This document shows, one piece after another, positions 52,337 through 62,182 of a stretch of 64,000 nt of DNA. Every line of letters starts with the position of its first letter. Position 1 is the first letter of the stretch. The DNA lies in contig CAXXOA010000002.1 of NCBI GenBank assembly GCA_963666275.2, positions 1,888,001 to 1,952,000 of the forward strand, given 5' to 3'. The position numbers were made by a program, and so were the translations under genes. The stretch comes from Oceanispirochaeta sp. (GTDB lineage Bacteria; Spirochaetota; Spirochaetia; DSM-2461). The notes under the pieces were generated by a model. The model ran no database searches, was not told the DNA's origin, and was given only the letters and a program-made list of their open reading frames with translations.

Positions 52337-52424
52337 ACTATCAAGAAGATTAATAATCGGAATATCCGCTATGCTTTGACGGCGAAAGGGATGGAAGAGA
52401 TTAATCAGCGGTCCTGGGGATATT

Positions 52425-52623
52425 CGGCTTTGCTCTCAATTTATTGTGAGCAAGTCATATGTGCCGCAAAGCGGCGACCACTACCGAACAAGGTTCTTCA
52501 AGCTTGCTTGAAGGTTCTTATTCGGCTTTTGCAGACTATTTATAGTTTGCAATTGTTATGAGTCGCTTAAGCGACCTCCTTAACCGAACATCAGGAATCC
52601 ATAATTATTGGATTCCTGATATT
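52425..52623 (+). mobile_element. Two tandem structured mini-elements (52425-52522, 52523-52623)
   Basis: Inserted after TATT and both end in TATT; the second is diverged in sequence but keeps the same hairpins. Confidence 0.8.
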
Positions 52624-52913
52624 TTAAGCGGACTATTAAGAATGTGGTGGATTATAAAGATGCTATCAGCGAGGTGATACGCTAGGCTAAAGCTGATGGG
52701 TATGAAGGGATTGCTCTTGTTGGAGAGAGTGACTTTGAGTTTATTGTTGAGCATCAGTGTTATAAAATGAATATTCCATATAAATTTATAGAGAATCCAG
52801 AGGGTAACTCTATAAAGGGATGGTACAGGTTCATTGCTGAATCTGCACCATCCGAATCTCTGAAGAGAGAACTGAATAATAAGTTCAACTTAAAAAGATT
52901 AATTGTTAGTTGA

Positions 52914-53198
52914 AGTGATTTTGATTTTATTAGGCAAATGCTCGCAATTTATTGCGAGTAAATCATAATTGCCGCTTTGGGGCGGTCATGACTTAACAAG
53001 GTTCTTCGAGCTTGCTCGGCGGTTCTTATCATTGAGCATCTTTGCTACAAGATGAGTATGCCATTTATTTCTTTGGAAGATCCTGAAGATGGTTTGTCAT
53101 CCGAACAATATCGATTTATTGCAGAGACTTTTGAAACTAATGGTTTGAAAGAAGAACTTGCTGATGAGTTTTTTTTAAAGAGGTCGATTATAGGGTAA
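52914..53198 (+). pseudogene. Third MarR-type copy, 3' fragment with one insertion
   Basis: SDFDFI|IEHLCYKM..RFIAET..DEFFLKRSIIG matches the C-terminal part of 50668-51207. Confidence 0.8.
52932..53030 (+). mobile_element. Fifth structured mini-element
   Basis: After TATT; TGCTCGCAATTTATTGCGAGTA ... AACAAGGTTCTTCGAGCTTGCTCG..GGTTCTTATC. Confidence 0.8.
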
Positions 53199-53441
53199 TA
53201 TTCTTTAAATTATTATCCTGAATATTAGGGATATTATGATAAGTGAGGGGAATACTAAAAAAGTGAAAGGTTTATATTGTCAAATTATAGAAAAAATACT
53301 TTAAATTCATCACTTGAAGAGCTATCAGGTGATTGTCTTTTAAGAAGATTTTGAATTGGGAAAAATATTATCTAATTGTTGAAATATAATTTATTTTGAG
53401 ATATTTGAATATTTATAGAGAAGAAGGTAGGTGTAAAGGTT

Positions 53442-54440
53442 ATGTTAAAGAATTCGACTATTTTAATAACTGGAGGAACTGGTTCATTTGGTCATAAATT
53501 TATTGAAATGACTTTAGAAAAATATAATCCAAAGAAAATAATCATATATTCAAGAGATGAAATGAAGCAGTGGAATATGGCAGCGAATTTTAATAATGAT
53601 CCTCGATTAAGGTTTTTTATAGGTGATGTAAGAGATAAAGAAAGACTTTATAGAGCATTAGATGGGGTGGATTATGTTGTACATGCTGCTGCTACAAAAA
53701 TTGTTCCAACAGCTGAGTATAATCCTTTTGAATGTATCAAAACAAATATTCATGGTGCTATGAATCTTATTGATGCTTGTATTGATAAAAACATTAAAAG
53801 AGTTGTTGCATTAAGTACTGATAAGGCATGTAATCCTATTAACTTATATGGTGCTACAAAACTTGCCTCTGATAAGGTATTTGTAGCTGGAAATTCTTAT
53901 TCTGGAGAACATCGAACTAGATTTTCTGTTGTACGTTATGGAAATGTTATGGGTAGTAGAGGTTCTGTTATACCTTTTTTCATGAACAAAAAGAAAGAAG
54001 GGACACTACCAATTACTGATGAGAGAATGACTCGTTTTATGATAACTCTGGATCAGGGAGTTGAACTGGTTTGGACTGCTTTTGAAGATGCTGAAGGCGG
54101 AGAAATCTATGTTAAGAAGATTCCTTCCATGAAAGTTACAGATCTTGCAAAAACTATTGCACCGGAAGCTGAATTGGAATATGTAGGTATCCGTCCTGGT
54201 GAAAAACTTCATGAAATCATGATAAGTGTTGAAGATGCCATGTTTACTTATGAATACGATGATTATTATAAAATTCTTCCTGCTATACATGAATGGTATT
54301 CAGATGAAAACAGAATCAAGGATGGAAAAAAGGTGCCCGAAGGATTTTCCTACTCAAGTGACAACAATCAGGAGTGGATGGAAAGTCGGGAGTTATCCAG
54401 TTGGATTGAGAGTGAATTCGAAAAGATGGTAAAGGTCTGA
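53442..54440 (+). CDS. pseB: UDP-GlcNAc 4,6-dehydratase (inverting)
   Basis: GGTGSFG, YSRDEMKQ, ALSTDKA.NPINLYGATK, RYGNVMGSRGSV, GIRPGEKLHE. Confidence 0.95.
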   Translation: MLKNSTILITGGTGSFGHKFIEMTLEKYNPKKIIIYSRDEMKQWNMAANFNNDPRLRFFIGDVRDKERLYRALDGVDYVVHAAATKIVPTAEYNPFECIKTNIHGAMNLIDACIDKNIKRVVALSTDKACNPINLYGATKLASDKVFVAGNSYSGEHRTRFSVVRYGNVMGSRGSVIPFFMNKKKEGTLPITDERMTRFMITLDQGVELVWTAFEDAEGGEIYVKKIPSMKVTDLAKTIAPEAELEYVGIRPGEKLHEIMISVEDAMFTYEYDDYYKILPAIHEWYSDENRIKDGKKVPEGFSYSSDNNQEWMESRELSSWIESEFEKMVKV

Positions 54441-54453
54441 TTGAGGGAATATT

Positions 54454-55608
54454 ATGATACCGTACGGAAGACAGAGTATTACAGATGAAGATATCCTTTC
54501 GGTTGTAAATCAATTGAAATCAGACTTCCTGACCCAAGGTCCGGCTATAGTCAAGTTTGAAGAAGATATTTGTCGCTATACTGGTGCTGAATATTGTGTT
54601 GCACTTGCAAATGGGACGGCAGCTTTGCATTTGGCTGTCGCCGCACTAATCTCAACTGGAAGAATACTGTCTGGTTCAGAAGGTATTACAACGCCTATTA
54701 CCTTCGCTGCTTCTTCCAATGCTATGTTGTATAATGATATTACACCCCGATTTGCTGACATCGATGAAAACACATATAATATTGATCCCAGTGAAGTAAT
54801 GAAAGGGATTAATGAGAAAACATCATTACTGATACCTGTTCATTTTGCTGGACAGGTTGCAGATATGGAAGTTATTTCAGAATTGGCCCGGTCAAATAAT
54901 TTGTCGGTGGTTGAAGATGCAGCACATGCAATAGGCTCAGATTATAAAAACGGGAAAAAGGTTGGTTGCTGTTGCTATTCTGATATGACAATTTTCTCCT
55001 TTCATCCGGTAAAAACGGTAACAACTGGAGAAGGGGGTGCTATCACCACCAATTCTAAAGAGTTGTACGAAGCTCTCCTTTTGTTACGATCTCACGGCTT
55101 AACTAAAGATCCAAGTAAACTCAAGGCTAATCCAGGTCCTTGGTACTACGAAATGCAAGAATTAGGTTTCAATTATCGCCTTACAGATATTCAGGCTGCT
55201 CTCGGAAGTTCTCAGTTAAAACGTCTAGATGAGTTTAAAGCAAGAAGACGGGATATTGTTTCGAAATATAATGATGCATTTCAATATCTGGATTGGTTGA
55301 AAACGCCTTATGAGGCTGATGGTCTTTCATCTTGTTTTCACCTGTATGTTGCCTGGTTCGATTTAGCAAAATTGAAAATGAACAGAAAGCAGTTGATGGA
55401 GATGTTGAGAGAGAAAGGTGTTGGTACTCAGGTTCATTATATACCTGTATATTCTCAGCCATACTATATTAATAAATACGGTGATCAGAAAGATAAATTC
55501 CCTGTTGCCGAGGATTATTATGCAGGGTGTCTGAGTTTACCTCTTTTCCCTGCTATGATAGATGAAGATGTTGCTAAAGTTATTGATGTTGTCTCAGGAC
55601 TGATGTAG
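54454..55608 (+). CDS. pseC: UDP-4-amino-4,6-dideoxy-AltNAc transaminase
   Basis: IPYGRQSI, LTQGP, EDAAHA, FSFHPVKTVTTGEGG, LGFNYR, QVHYIP. Confidence 0.93.
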   Translation: MIPYGRQSITDEDILSVVNQLKSDFLTQGPAIVKFEEDICRYTGAEYCVALANGTAALHLAVAALISTGRILSGSEGITTPITFAASSNAMLYNDITPRFADIDENTYNIDPSEVMKGINEKTSLLIPVHFAGQVADMEVISELARSNNLSVVEDAAHAIGSDYKNGKKVGCCCYSDMTIFSFHPVKTVTTGEGGAITTNSKELYEALLLLRSHGLTKDPSKLKANPGPWYYEMQELGFNYRLTDIQAALGSSQLKRLDEFKARRRDIVSKYNDAFQYLDWLKTPYEADGLSSCFHLYVAWFDLAKLKMNRKQLMEMLREKGVGTQVHYIPVYSQPYYINKYGDQKDKFPVAEDYYAGCLSLPLFPAMIDEDVAKVIDVVSGLM

Positions 55609-56484
55609 ATGAAATTTACATTGGGGACAGTTCAATTCGGTCTTGATTATGGTGTTGCCAATTCAAATGGTAAACCAAATCAGGAGGCTGTGTATAGACT
55701 GCTGGATCGTGCTGTTGATTTGAATATTGACTATCTCGATACGGCTATGGCCTATGGGGATAGTCAGAAAGTTCTTGGGAATTGGTATACAGATAAAGAG
55801 AAACCTCCTGTTATCAGTAAAGTAAATCAACTGACTCCCGGCCAGGACGAAAATGGTTATTATTCAGAACTTTGCAATAAACTAAGTATCATTTTTAATG
55901 AACTTCAATGTGATCATATCAATGGTTTAATGCTTCATTACTACTATCTTCTTGAAGAAGGAGGAGATGCTCTCTATAAAGCATTGATGCGGCTGAAGAA
56001 TGAAGGTTTTGTAGATGAGGTAGGAGTTTCTTTATATACAGGGGAAGAACTGCGTAAAGCTCTAGTTTACGAAGAATTGACAATCTTTCAGTGTCCCATG
56101 AATCTTTTCGATAATCCGCTTTTGGGAATAAATGTACAAAACAAGAAGATTTTTGTTCGATCCGTTTACCTGCAGGGATTATTTTTCTTATCTCCTGAAG
56201 AAGCAGAAAGTAAAGTTCCTGAGTCTGGTCAATATTTGAAAAAACTATTGAAGATAGCTGAGCGTGAAGGTCTTGCTTCGGCTGAATTGGCATTTCGTTA
56301 TGTTTTAAGTGAACCTAATGTGTACAGCCTTGTGCTCGGTGTGGATAATGAGCAGCAATTACTAGAGAATTGTCAGAATATTAAGCTTTCTCCTTTATCA
56401 GAGGAACTCAGAAGTGAGCTTAATAGTGTTTTTAAAGATGTTCCCGAAAAAGTAAAAAATCCCTCATTGTGGAGTAAAGAATGA
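55609..56484 (+). CDS. Aldo/keto reductase
   Basis: LGTVQFGLDYG, DTAMAYGDS, GVSLY, RSVYLQG. Confidence 0.9.
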   Translation: MKFTLGTVQFGLDYGVANSNGKPNQEAVYRLLDRAVDLNIDYLDTAMAYGDSQKVLGNWYTDKEKPPVISKVNQLTPGQDENGYYSELCNKLSIIFNELQCDHINGLMLHYYYLLEEGGDALYKALMRLKNEGFVDEVGVSLYTGEELRKALVYEELTIFQCPMNLFDNPLLGINVQNKKIFVRSVYLQGLFFLSPEEAESKVPESGQYLKKLLKIAEREGLASAELAFRYVLSEPNVYSLVLGVDNEQQLLENCQNIKLSPLSEELRSELNSVFKDVPEKVKNPSLWSKE

Positions 56485-58508
56485 AAATACTCGCTATTGT
56501 TCAGGCCAGGATGGGTTCAACACGCCTTCCTAATAAAGTTATGCAGGATATTTGTGGTAAGCCTGCAATTCAGCATGTTCTAGAACGTCTTAATCGTTCA
56601 AATAAAATCGAAAAAATAGTTCTTGCTACTTCAGTAAACCAGGAGAATGATAAATTGGAAAAATTTGTTAATTCTCTTGGATTCAACGTTTACCGTGGCG
56701 ATGAACTGGATGTTTTGGATCGCTTTTATAAAGCAGCTGAACAATATAAACCGGAATCAGTTGTTCGGATTACTGGAGATTGTCCTTTGATTGATCCGGA
56801 AGTCGTTGATCAGGTAATTAGTTACTATGAAGAGAATGGAGCAGCCGATTATGTTTCCAATATTGATCCTCCAAGTTTTCCCGATGGTCTAGATACGGAG
56901 GTCTTTTCTTTTGATTCTCTTGAAAAAGCTTGGATTAATGCTAAGAAAAAGCGTGAAAGAGAACATGTTACTCCATACCTCAGGGAAAATGATCTATTTA
57001 GTAAAAAGAACTTTTTGAATAATGTTGATTATTCAAAGGAACGATGGACACTTGATGATAAAGATGATTTATTATTGATTAGGAAAATTTTTGAAAAATT
57101 TGATGATAATATGTTTTCAATGAAAAATATATTGTCATTGAAAGAGGATAATCCTGATTTTTTTAAAGATAATATCCATTCAATCAGAAATGAAGGAGCT
57201 GATATGGGAAGTGGACAGAAACTATGGACCCGTGCTAAACAGATCATTCCTGGAGGTAATTCTTTACTCTCTAAGAGAAGTGAAATGTTTTTACCGGGAA
57301 ATTGGCCTTCTTATTATAAAAAAGCAGAAGGTTATACCGTTTGGGACTTGGATGGTAATGAGTATAAAGATTTCTGTATTATGGGGATTGGTACAAATAC
57401 TTTAGGGTATGCACGTAAAGAAGTGAATGATGCTGTTAAAAAAGCGATAGATGATAGTACTTGTTCAACCCTCAGCTGTTATGAAGAGGTGTATCTTGCA
57501 GAGAAGCTTATAAATATGCACCCATGGGCAGACCAGGTTCGGTATAGTAGAACCGGTGGAGAAGCTTGTGCTATAGCAATCAGAATTGCACGGGCTGCAT
57601 CTGGTAAAGATAAAGTAGCATTTTGCGGATATCATGGCTGGCATGACTGGTATTTGTCTTCGAATCTTGCAGATGACAGTAATTTGAATTCTATGCTTAT
57701 TGCTGGACTTGATCCTGCTGGTGTACCCTCCGGGCTTGCTGGCTCTGCAATTCCCTTTGAGTACAATAATCTTACACAACTGAAGAATATTATTTCTCAA
57801 GGTAATGTTGGCGTTATCATGATGGAGCCATTCAGGAATAAAGAACCTGAAGATGATTTCCTACAAGAAGTTCGAAAATTAGCAACTGATAACAATATTG
57901 TATTGATATTTGATGAGGTAACGGCTGCTTTTAGAAAGAATTTTGGCGGTTTACATTTAACAATGGGTGTTGAACCTGATATGGCTGTATTTGGGAAAGC
58001 CCTTGGTAATGGCTTTGCGCAATCAGCTGTTATCGGTAAAAAAGAGGTTATGGAAGCTTCTCAAAAGACATTTATCAGTAGTACATATTGGACGGAAAGA
58101 ACAGGTCCCGTAGCAGCACTTGAAACATTGCGGATAATGGAAGAGGAAAAATCATTTGAACAGATTGATACAATTGGAAAGTACATTAACAAGAAATGGT
58201 TGGCTCTTGGAGAAGAATATAATCTTGATCTTCACGTGGAAGGTTTACCTTCTATAAGTCATTTTGCTTTTAATGAAGATAATCTAGAGCGTAAAACATA
58301 TATTACACAGGAAATGTTGAAAAGAGGTTATCTAGCGTCTAATAGTTTCTATATTAGTAATGCCCATGATGAGAAGAGTGCTGATCTTTATTTGAATAAT
58401 TTGGGGGAAGTCTTTTCTGAAATATCAGAATTTAGAGAGAAAAGTATCAATCTACTAGAAAAACTTGATGGTGATATATGTCATAGTGGATTTCAAAGGT
58501 TGAATTGA
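56481..58508 (+). CDS. SpsF-type cytidylyltransferase fused to a class III aminotransferase
   Basis: QARMGSTRLPNK, RITGDCP, PDGLDTE; then IPGG..LLSKR, RTGGEA, GYHGWHDW, IFDEV, FGKALGNG. Confidence 0.9.
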   Translation: MKILAIVQARMGSTRLPNKVMQDICGKPAIQHVLERLNRSNKIEKIVLATSVNQENDKLEKFVNSLGFNVYRGDELDVLDRFYKAAEQYKPESVVRITGDCPLIDPEVVDQVISYYEENGAADYVSNIDPPSFPDGLDTEVFSFDSLEKAWINAKKKREREHVTPYLRENDLFSKKNFLNNVDYSKERWTLDDKDDLLLIRKIFEKFDDNMFSMKNILSLKEDNPDFFKDNIHSIRNEGADMGSGQKLWTRAKQIIPGGNSLLSKRSEMFLPGNWPSYYKKAEGYTVWDLDGNEYKDFCIMGIGTNTLGYARKEVNDAVKKAIDDSTCSTLSCYEEVYLAEKLINMHPWADQVRYSRTGGEACAIAIRIARAASGKDKVAFCGYHGWHDWYLSSNLADDSNLNSMLIAGLDPAGVPSGLAGSAIPFEYNNLTQLKNIISQGNVGVIMMEPFRNKEPEDDFLQEVRKLATDNNIVLIFDEVTAAFRKNFGGLHLTMGVEPDMAVFGKALGNGFAQSAVIGKKEVMEASQKTFISSTYWTERTGPVAALETLRIMEEEKSFEQIDTIGKYINKKWLALGEEYNLDLHVEGLPSISHFAFNEDNLERKTYITQEMLKRGYLASNSFYISNAHDEKSADLYLNNLGEVFSEISEFREKSINLLEKLDGDICHSGFQRLN

Positions 58509-59290
58509 ATATGAAAATAGGCTTAAAAATTTGGTCTATTAATGAACACTATCTAGAAGAAGTAAGGCGTCTTCTCAGGAATAATACCATTGATTATATC
58601 GAGTTGTTTTCTGTACCTAACAGTTTTGGAGACTCTATTCGTCATTGGATCGAATTGAAAGAAGAAACTGGTGTAAATTTCATTATCCATGCGCCACACT
58701 TTATGCAAGGTTTAAACTTTGCAAAAAAGGACGCATGGTCAATTAATGAAAAGCTTTCTAAAGAAGCATTCTCATTTGCGGATCAACTAGGTAGTAGTTA
58801 TGTTATATTTCATCCTGGATGTAATGGACAAGAAGAGGAAACAGCAAGACAAATTAGTAAGTTAGATGATTCTAGAATTGTTCTCGAAAATAAACCCAAG
58901 AAAGGTATTGATGGAGTAATCAAATGTAATGGTTATAGTCCTGAGCTTATTGAACGAATACTAATTAAGACAGGTTGTCATTTCTGTTTGGATTTTAGTC
59001 ATGCAATATGCGCTGCAAATAGTTTGAAACAGGATCCTATACAATATCTTAATGAATTTAATTGTTTAGGACCAGCAATGTATCATATTTGTGATGGAGA
59101 TTGGCAGAGTGAGATAGATTCCCATCAGAATATTGGAAAAGGAAATTACCCTTTTACAAAATTAGTAAGTCTGATGGATTTATCAAGGCCAATATCATTA
59201 GAGACCCAAAAAGATCCTGAGCATCTGAGAGATTTTGAAAATGATGTTGTAAGATTTCAGGATATGGTTAAACTCAATGAAAGAAAATAA
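58505..59290 (+). CDS. TIM-barrel metalloprotein (AP endonuclease 2 / xylose isomerase-like)
   Basis: IHAPH, FHPG, LEN, CLDFSH, HICDG..DSH..IG.G, LET. Confidence 0.8.
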   Translation: MNMKIGLKIWSINEHYLEEVRRLLRNNTIDYIELFSVPNSFGDSIRHWIELKEETGVNFIIHAPHFMQGLNFAKKDAWSINEKLSKEAFSFADQLGSSYVIFHPGCNGQEEETARQISKLDDSRIVLENKPKKGIDGVIKCNGYSPELIERILIKTGCHFCLDFSHAICAANSLKQDPIQYLNEFNCLGPAMYHICDGDWQSEIDSHQNIGKGNYPFTKLVSLMDLSRPISLETQKDPEHLRDFENDVVRFQDMVKLNERK

Positions 59291-59768
59291 AATAAATTTA
59301 ATTAATTACATTAATATGAATTTAAATGAATCGTTACTTGTGTTGGAGTGGCGAAATAGCAAATCTGTTCGGAAACAAATGGATAATCCTGATATAATAT
59401 CAAAAGAGAAACATTTCAAGTTTCTAAATTATCTTCATAATAATAAAAAAAAAATCTATTTTCTAGTAAAACGCAATGATGAGTATATTGGTTGTATAAA
59501 TTATCAAGATATTTATGATAATGATAAAGCAGAATTAGGATTGTTTATTAATCCAAAAATGCAAGGGAAAGGGATTGGAACTTTATTAATTAAATTGATT
59601 GAAGATTATGCTGTCGAAAATCTCGGATTGCAATTCTTGGTATTAAAAGTTAGAAGAGATAACAATCAAGCAATTAAACTATATAAAAAACAATCATATC
59701 TACAATATAGTATAGATAAAAATTTCTTATATATGAAAAAAAAATTGTCAGAGGACGTTATAGAATGA
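59277..59768 (+). CDS. pseH: GNAT N-acetyltransferase (PseH type)
   Basis: VLEWRN...R..M....IS...H..F, QGKGIG, NNQAIKLY. Confidence 0.8.
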   Translation: MKENKINLINYINMNLNESLLVLEWRNSKSVRKQMDNPDIISKEKHFKFLNYLHNNKKKIYFLVKRNDEYIGCINYQDIYDNDKAELGLFINPKMQGKGIGTLLIKLIEDYAVENLGLQFLVLKVRRDNNQAIKLYKKQSYLQYSIDKNFLYMKKKLSEDVIE

Positions 59769-60787
59769 GAAATTCATGTTTTATTATAGCAGAACTCTCA
59801 GCAAATCATAATCAGAATAAGCAAGTTGCAATTGATAGTATTAAGGCAATAGGTCAAACTGGTGTCGATGCTGTCAAAATACAGTCCTACACCCCCGATT
59901 CTATAACTTTAGACTGTGATAATGAATATTTCAGAATTAACCAGGGAACAATCTGGGATGGAACTACACTTTATAAGTTGTACGAATCAGCTTTTACGCC
60001 ATATGAATGGTATGATGAATTAAGAAATTGTGCAGAAGCTGAGGGATTGAAGTTTTTTTCCTCTCCTTTTGATCAAGCTGCAGTAGATTTTTTGGAAAGT
60101 AAGAATGCTCCCCTTTATAAAATAGCTAGTTTTGAAATAACTGATATACCTTTGATTGAGTATACTGCATCAAAAGGAAAGCCTATGATTATTTCAACAG
60201 GGATCGCAACTATTGGAGAAATTCAGGAAGCCGTAGAAGCATGTAGAAGAGAAAAAAACCACGATATAACTCTACTATATTGTGTTTCAAGCTACCCCGC
60301 AAAGCCTGAGGAATTTAATCTTAAAACTATGCAGAATCTAAAAGAAACCTTCGATGTAAAAATAGGTCTATCTGATCATTCTTTAAATAATGATATAGCA
60401 ATATCTTCAGTAGCTCTTGGTGCAAAAGTTGTTGAGAAGCATTTTATTTTGGAAAGAACTCTCGGGGGACCCGATGCTGCATTTAGTCTTGAACCTAGTC
60501 AATTTAAGAAATTAGTTAGTTCTATCAGAACAGTTGAAAAAGCTCTTGGTCATGTTAATTATTCAATATCTGAAGCAAAAAAACGGAATAGAAATTTTTC
60601 TAGATCACTATTTGCAATTACGGATATAAAGAAGGGTGAGCTCTTTTCAGATGACAATATTCGCTCTATTAGACCTGGAAACGGGATTGCACCAAAATAT
60701 AAAAATGAAATTAAAGGAAAGTGTGCTAATGATGATATTAGTAGAGGTACTCCTTTGTCATGGGATTTAATTAAAAATAATGAATAG
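59765..60787 (+). CDS. pseI: Pseudaminic acid synthase (NeuB family with SAF domain)
   Basis: IIAELSANHN, FSSPFD, KIASFEITD, GLSDH, EKHF, RSIRPG. Confidence 0.93.
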   Translation: MRNSCFIIAELSANHNQNKQVAIDSIKAIGQTGVDAVKIQSYTPDSITLDCDNEYFRINQGTIWDGTTLYKLYESAFTPYEWYDELRNCAEAEGLKFFSSPFDQAAVDFLESKNAPLYKIASFEITDIPLIEYTASKGKPMIISTGIATIGEIQEAVEACRREKNHDITLLYCVSSYPAKPEEFNLKTMQNLKETFDVKIGLSDHSLNNDIAISSVALGAKVVEKHFILERTLGGPDAAFSLEPSQFKKLVSSIRTVEKALGHVNYSISEAKKRNRNFSRSLFAITDIKKGELFSDDNIRSIRPGNGIAPKYKNEIKGKCANDDISRGTPLSWDLIKNNE

Positions 60788-62180
60788 TATCTTAAAAAAA
60801 ATTTCATATACCTATCTGATAAATTTTTTAGATATATTTTTTGCATTTTTTTCAATTTATTTATTAACCAATAATCTATCTATTCAAACCTATGGCGACT
60901 ATAATTATTTAATTAGTATTATAGGATTTACAATTACTTTTATTTCATTTGGATTAAGTTTATATAATTATAAAGAAATAACAGGCAAAGATAATGATTT
61001 GCAGTATTCTATTTTCAAAAGTTCTATTTCAATACAGCTATTAATTTTTTTCTTTTCAATTGTTATCTTATACTCCTTTTTATTAACAGAATATGATTTT
61101 ACTATTCAAATTATTATTTATGTATTGATTTTTTTTACGTTTTTAAATAATGAGTTTGCAAAATTTATTGGACTGAAATTGAAAATTGTAGAAAAAAATA
61201 TTTTAACTTTTATCGAACTAAGATTTTGGTTAATAATATTTTTTTTAATAAAGAAAGATTCTTTATTACAGATATTTTATTCAAAAAATTTAATTAGTAT
61301 CATTGTTTTTTTGGTATATATAATATTTTTTATAGATATTAAAAAAATTTTTAAAAGTAAATCAAATAATATTAAAAAAGCATTTACCAGTGGTTTAATA
61401 TTTATATTAATGGACTTAGGTTATTATATTCTTGAATTAGGTGATAGAGTTGTTATTAAGGCAATGTTGGATTCATATTATTTAGGTCAATACTCATTTG
61501 CATATAATTGGATAAGATTAATAGGTAAATTTAGTTTATTAATAATATATATAGTTCAACCTTATTTTAAAATTTTTCATGACAATAAAGATTCTTTTAG
61601 AAATATAATAAATATTGTTTATAAAATAGCTATTTTATTTTCCATTTGTTGTTCCATATATCTGAATTTTAATTATGAAATTATAACAAATCTTGTAAGT
61701 AAAGCTGAATACATCAAATCAAAAGAAATTTATATGATTTTATCTTTATTTCCAATTTTTTTAGTAACTGCTACTATATTACAACTTTTATTAATTCTTG
61801 AGAATGAAAAAAATAAAGTAGCTATAGCTTATCTAATTGTATCAATATTAAATATACTGTTAAATATTTTGTTTATCAAAATGTTTGGAATTATAGGACC
61901 TGCGATTATTACTTCATTCTCATATATGATTTTAGCTTTATATTTTTATATGCTTCATAAGAAATATATAAAAATATTCAGTTTAGGAAAATTATTAACA
62001 ACTCTACTAAAAATTCTATTATTAGCGATAATATTTTATTTGATATCATATATTCATTCTTTTATATTAAACATTTTAATTAGTTTCATTGTCGGTATTG
62101 GTTATCTGCTAGTATCAAATATTATTAAAATAAGTGAAGTTGAAATGCTATTTATTACAATAAATAGAGAGGGGAAGTAA
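60780..62180 (+). CDS. wzx: Oligosaccharide flippase
   Basis: About 12-14 hydrophobic helices, YG.Y, DRVVI....LGQYSFA, NILLNILFI..FGIIG. Confidence 0.8.
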   Translation: MNSILKKISYTYLINFLDIFFAFFSIYLLTNNLSIQTYGDYNYLISIIGFTITFISFGLSLYNYKEITGKDNDLQYSIFKSSISIQLLIFFFSIVILYSFLLTEYDFTIQIIIYVLIFFTFLNNEFAKFIGLKLKIVEKNILTFIELRFWLIIFFLIKKDSLLQIFYSKNLISIIVFLVYIIFFIDIKKIFKSKSNNIKKAFTSGLIFILMDLGYYILELGDRVVIKAMLDSYYLGQYSFAYNWIRLIGKFSLLIIYIVQPYFKIFHDNKDSFRNIINIVYKIAILFSICCSIYLNFNYEIITNLVSKAEYIKSKEIYMILSLFPIFLVTATILQLLLILENEKNKVAIAYLIVSILNILLNILFIKMFGIIGPAIITSFSYMILALYFYMLHKKYIKIFSLGKLLTTLLKILLLAIIFYLISYIHSFILNILISFIVGIGYLLVSNIIKISEVEMLFITINREGK

Positions 62181-62182
62181 AA

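Larger units (their letters stand above)
51971..52913 (+). pseudogene. Second MarR-type regulator copy, interrupted by four insertions and a TAG
   Basis: Colinear with 50668-51207 once 52109-52336 and 52425-52623 are removed; CAG>TAG at 52683. Confidence 0.9.

Noticed and set aside
51899..52561. Track ORFs 51899-52186, 52126-52344 and 52214-52561 as real genes
   Set aside because: Chimeras of repeat sequence and MarR pseudogene fragments.
52109..53030. CRISPR array, tRNA or integron attC sites
   Set aside because: No constant repeat with unique spacers, no T-loop or acceptor consensus, no RYYYAAC/GTTRRRY ends, and the units interrupt a gene rather than separate cassettes.
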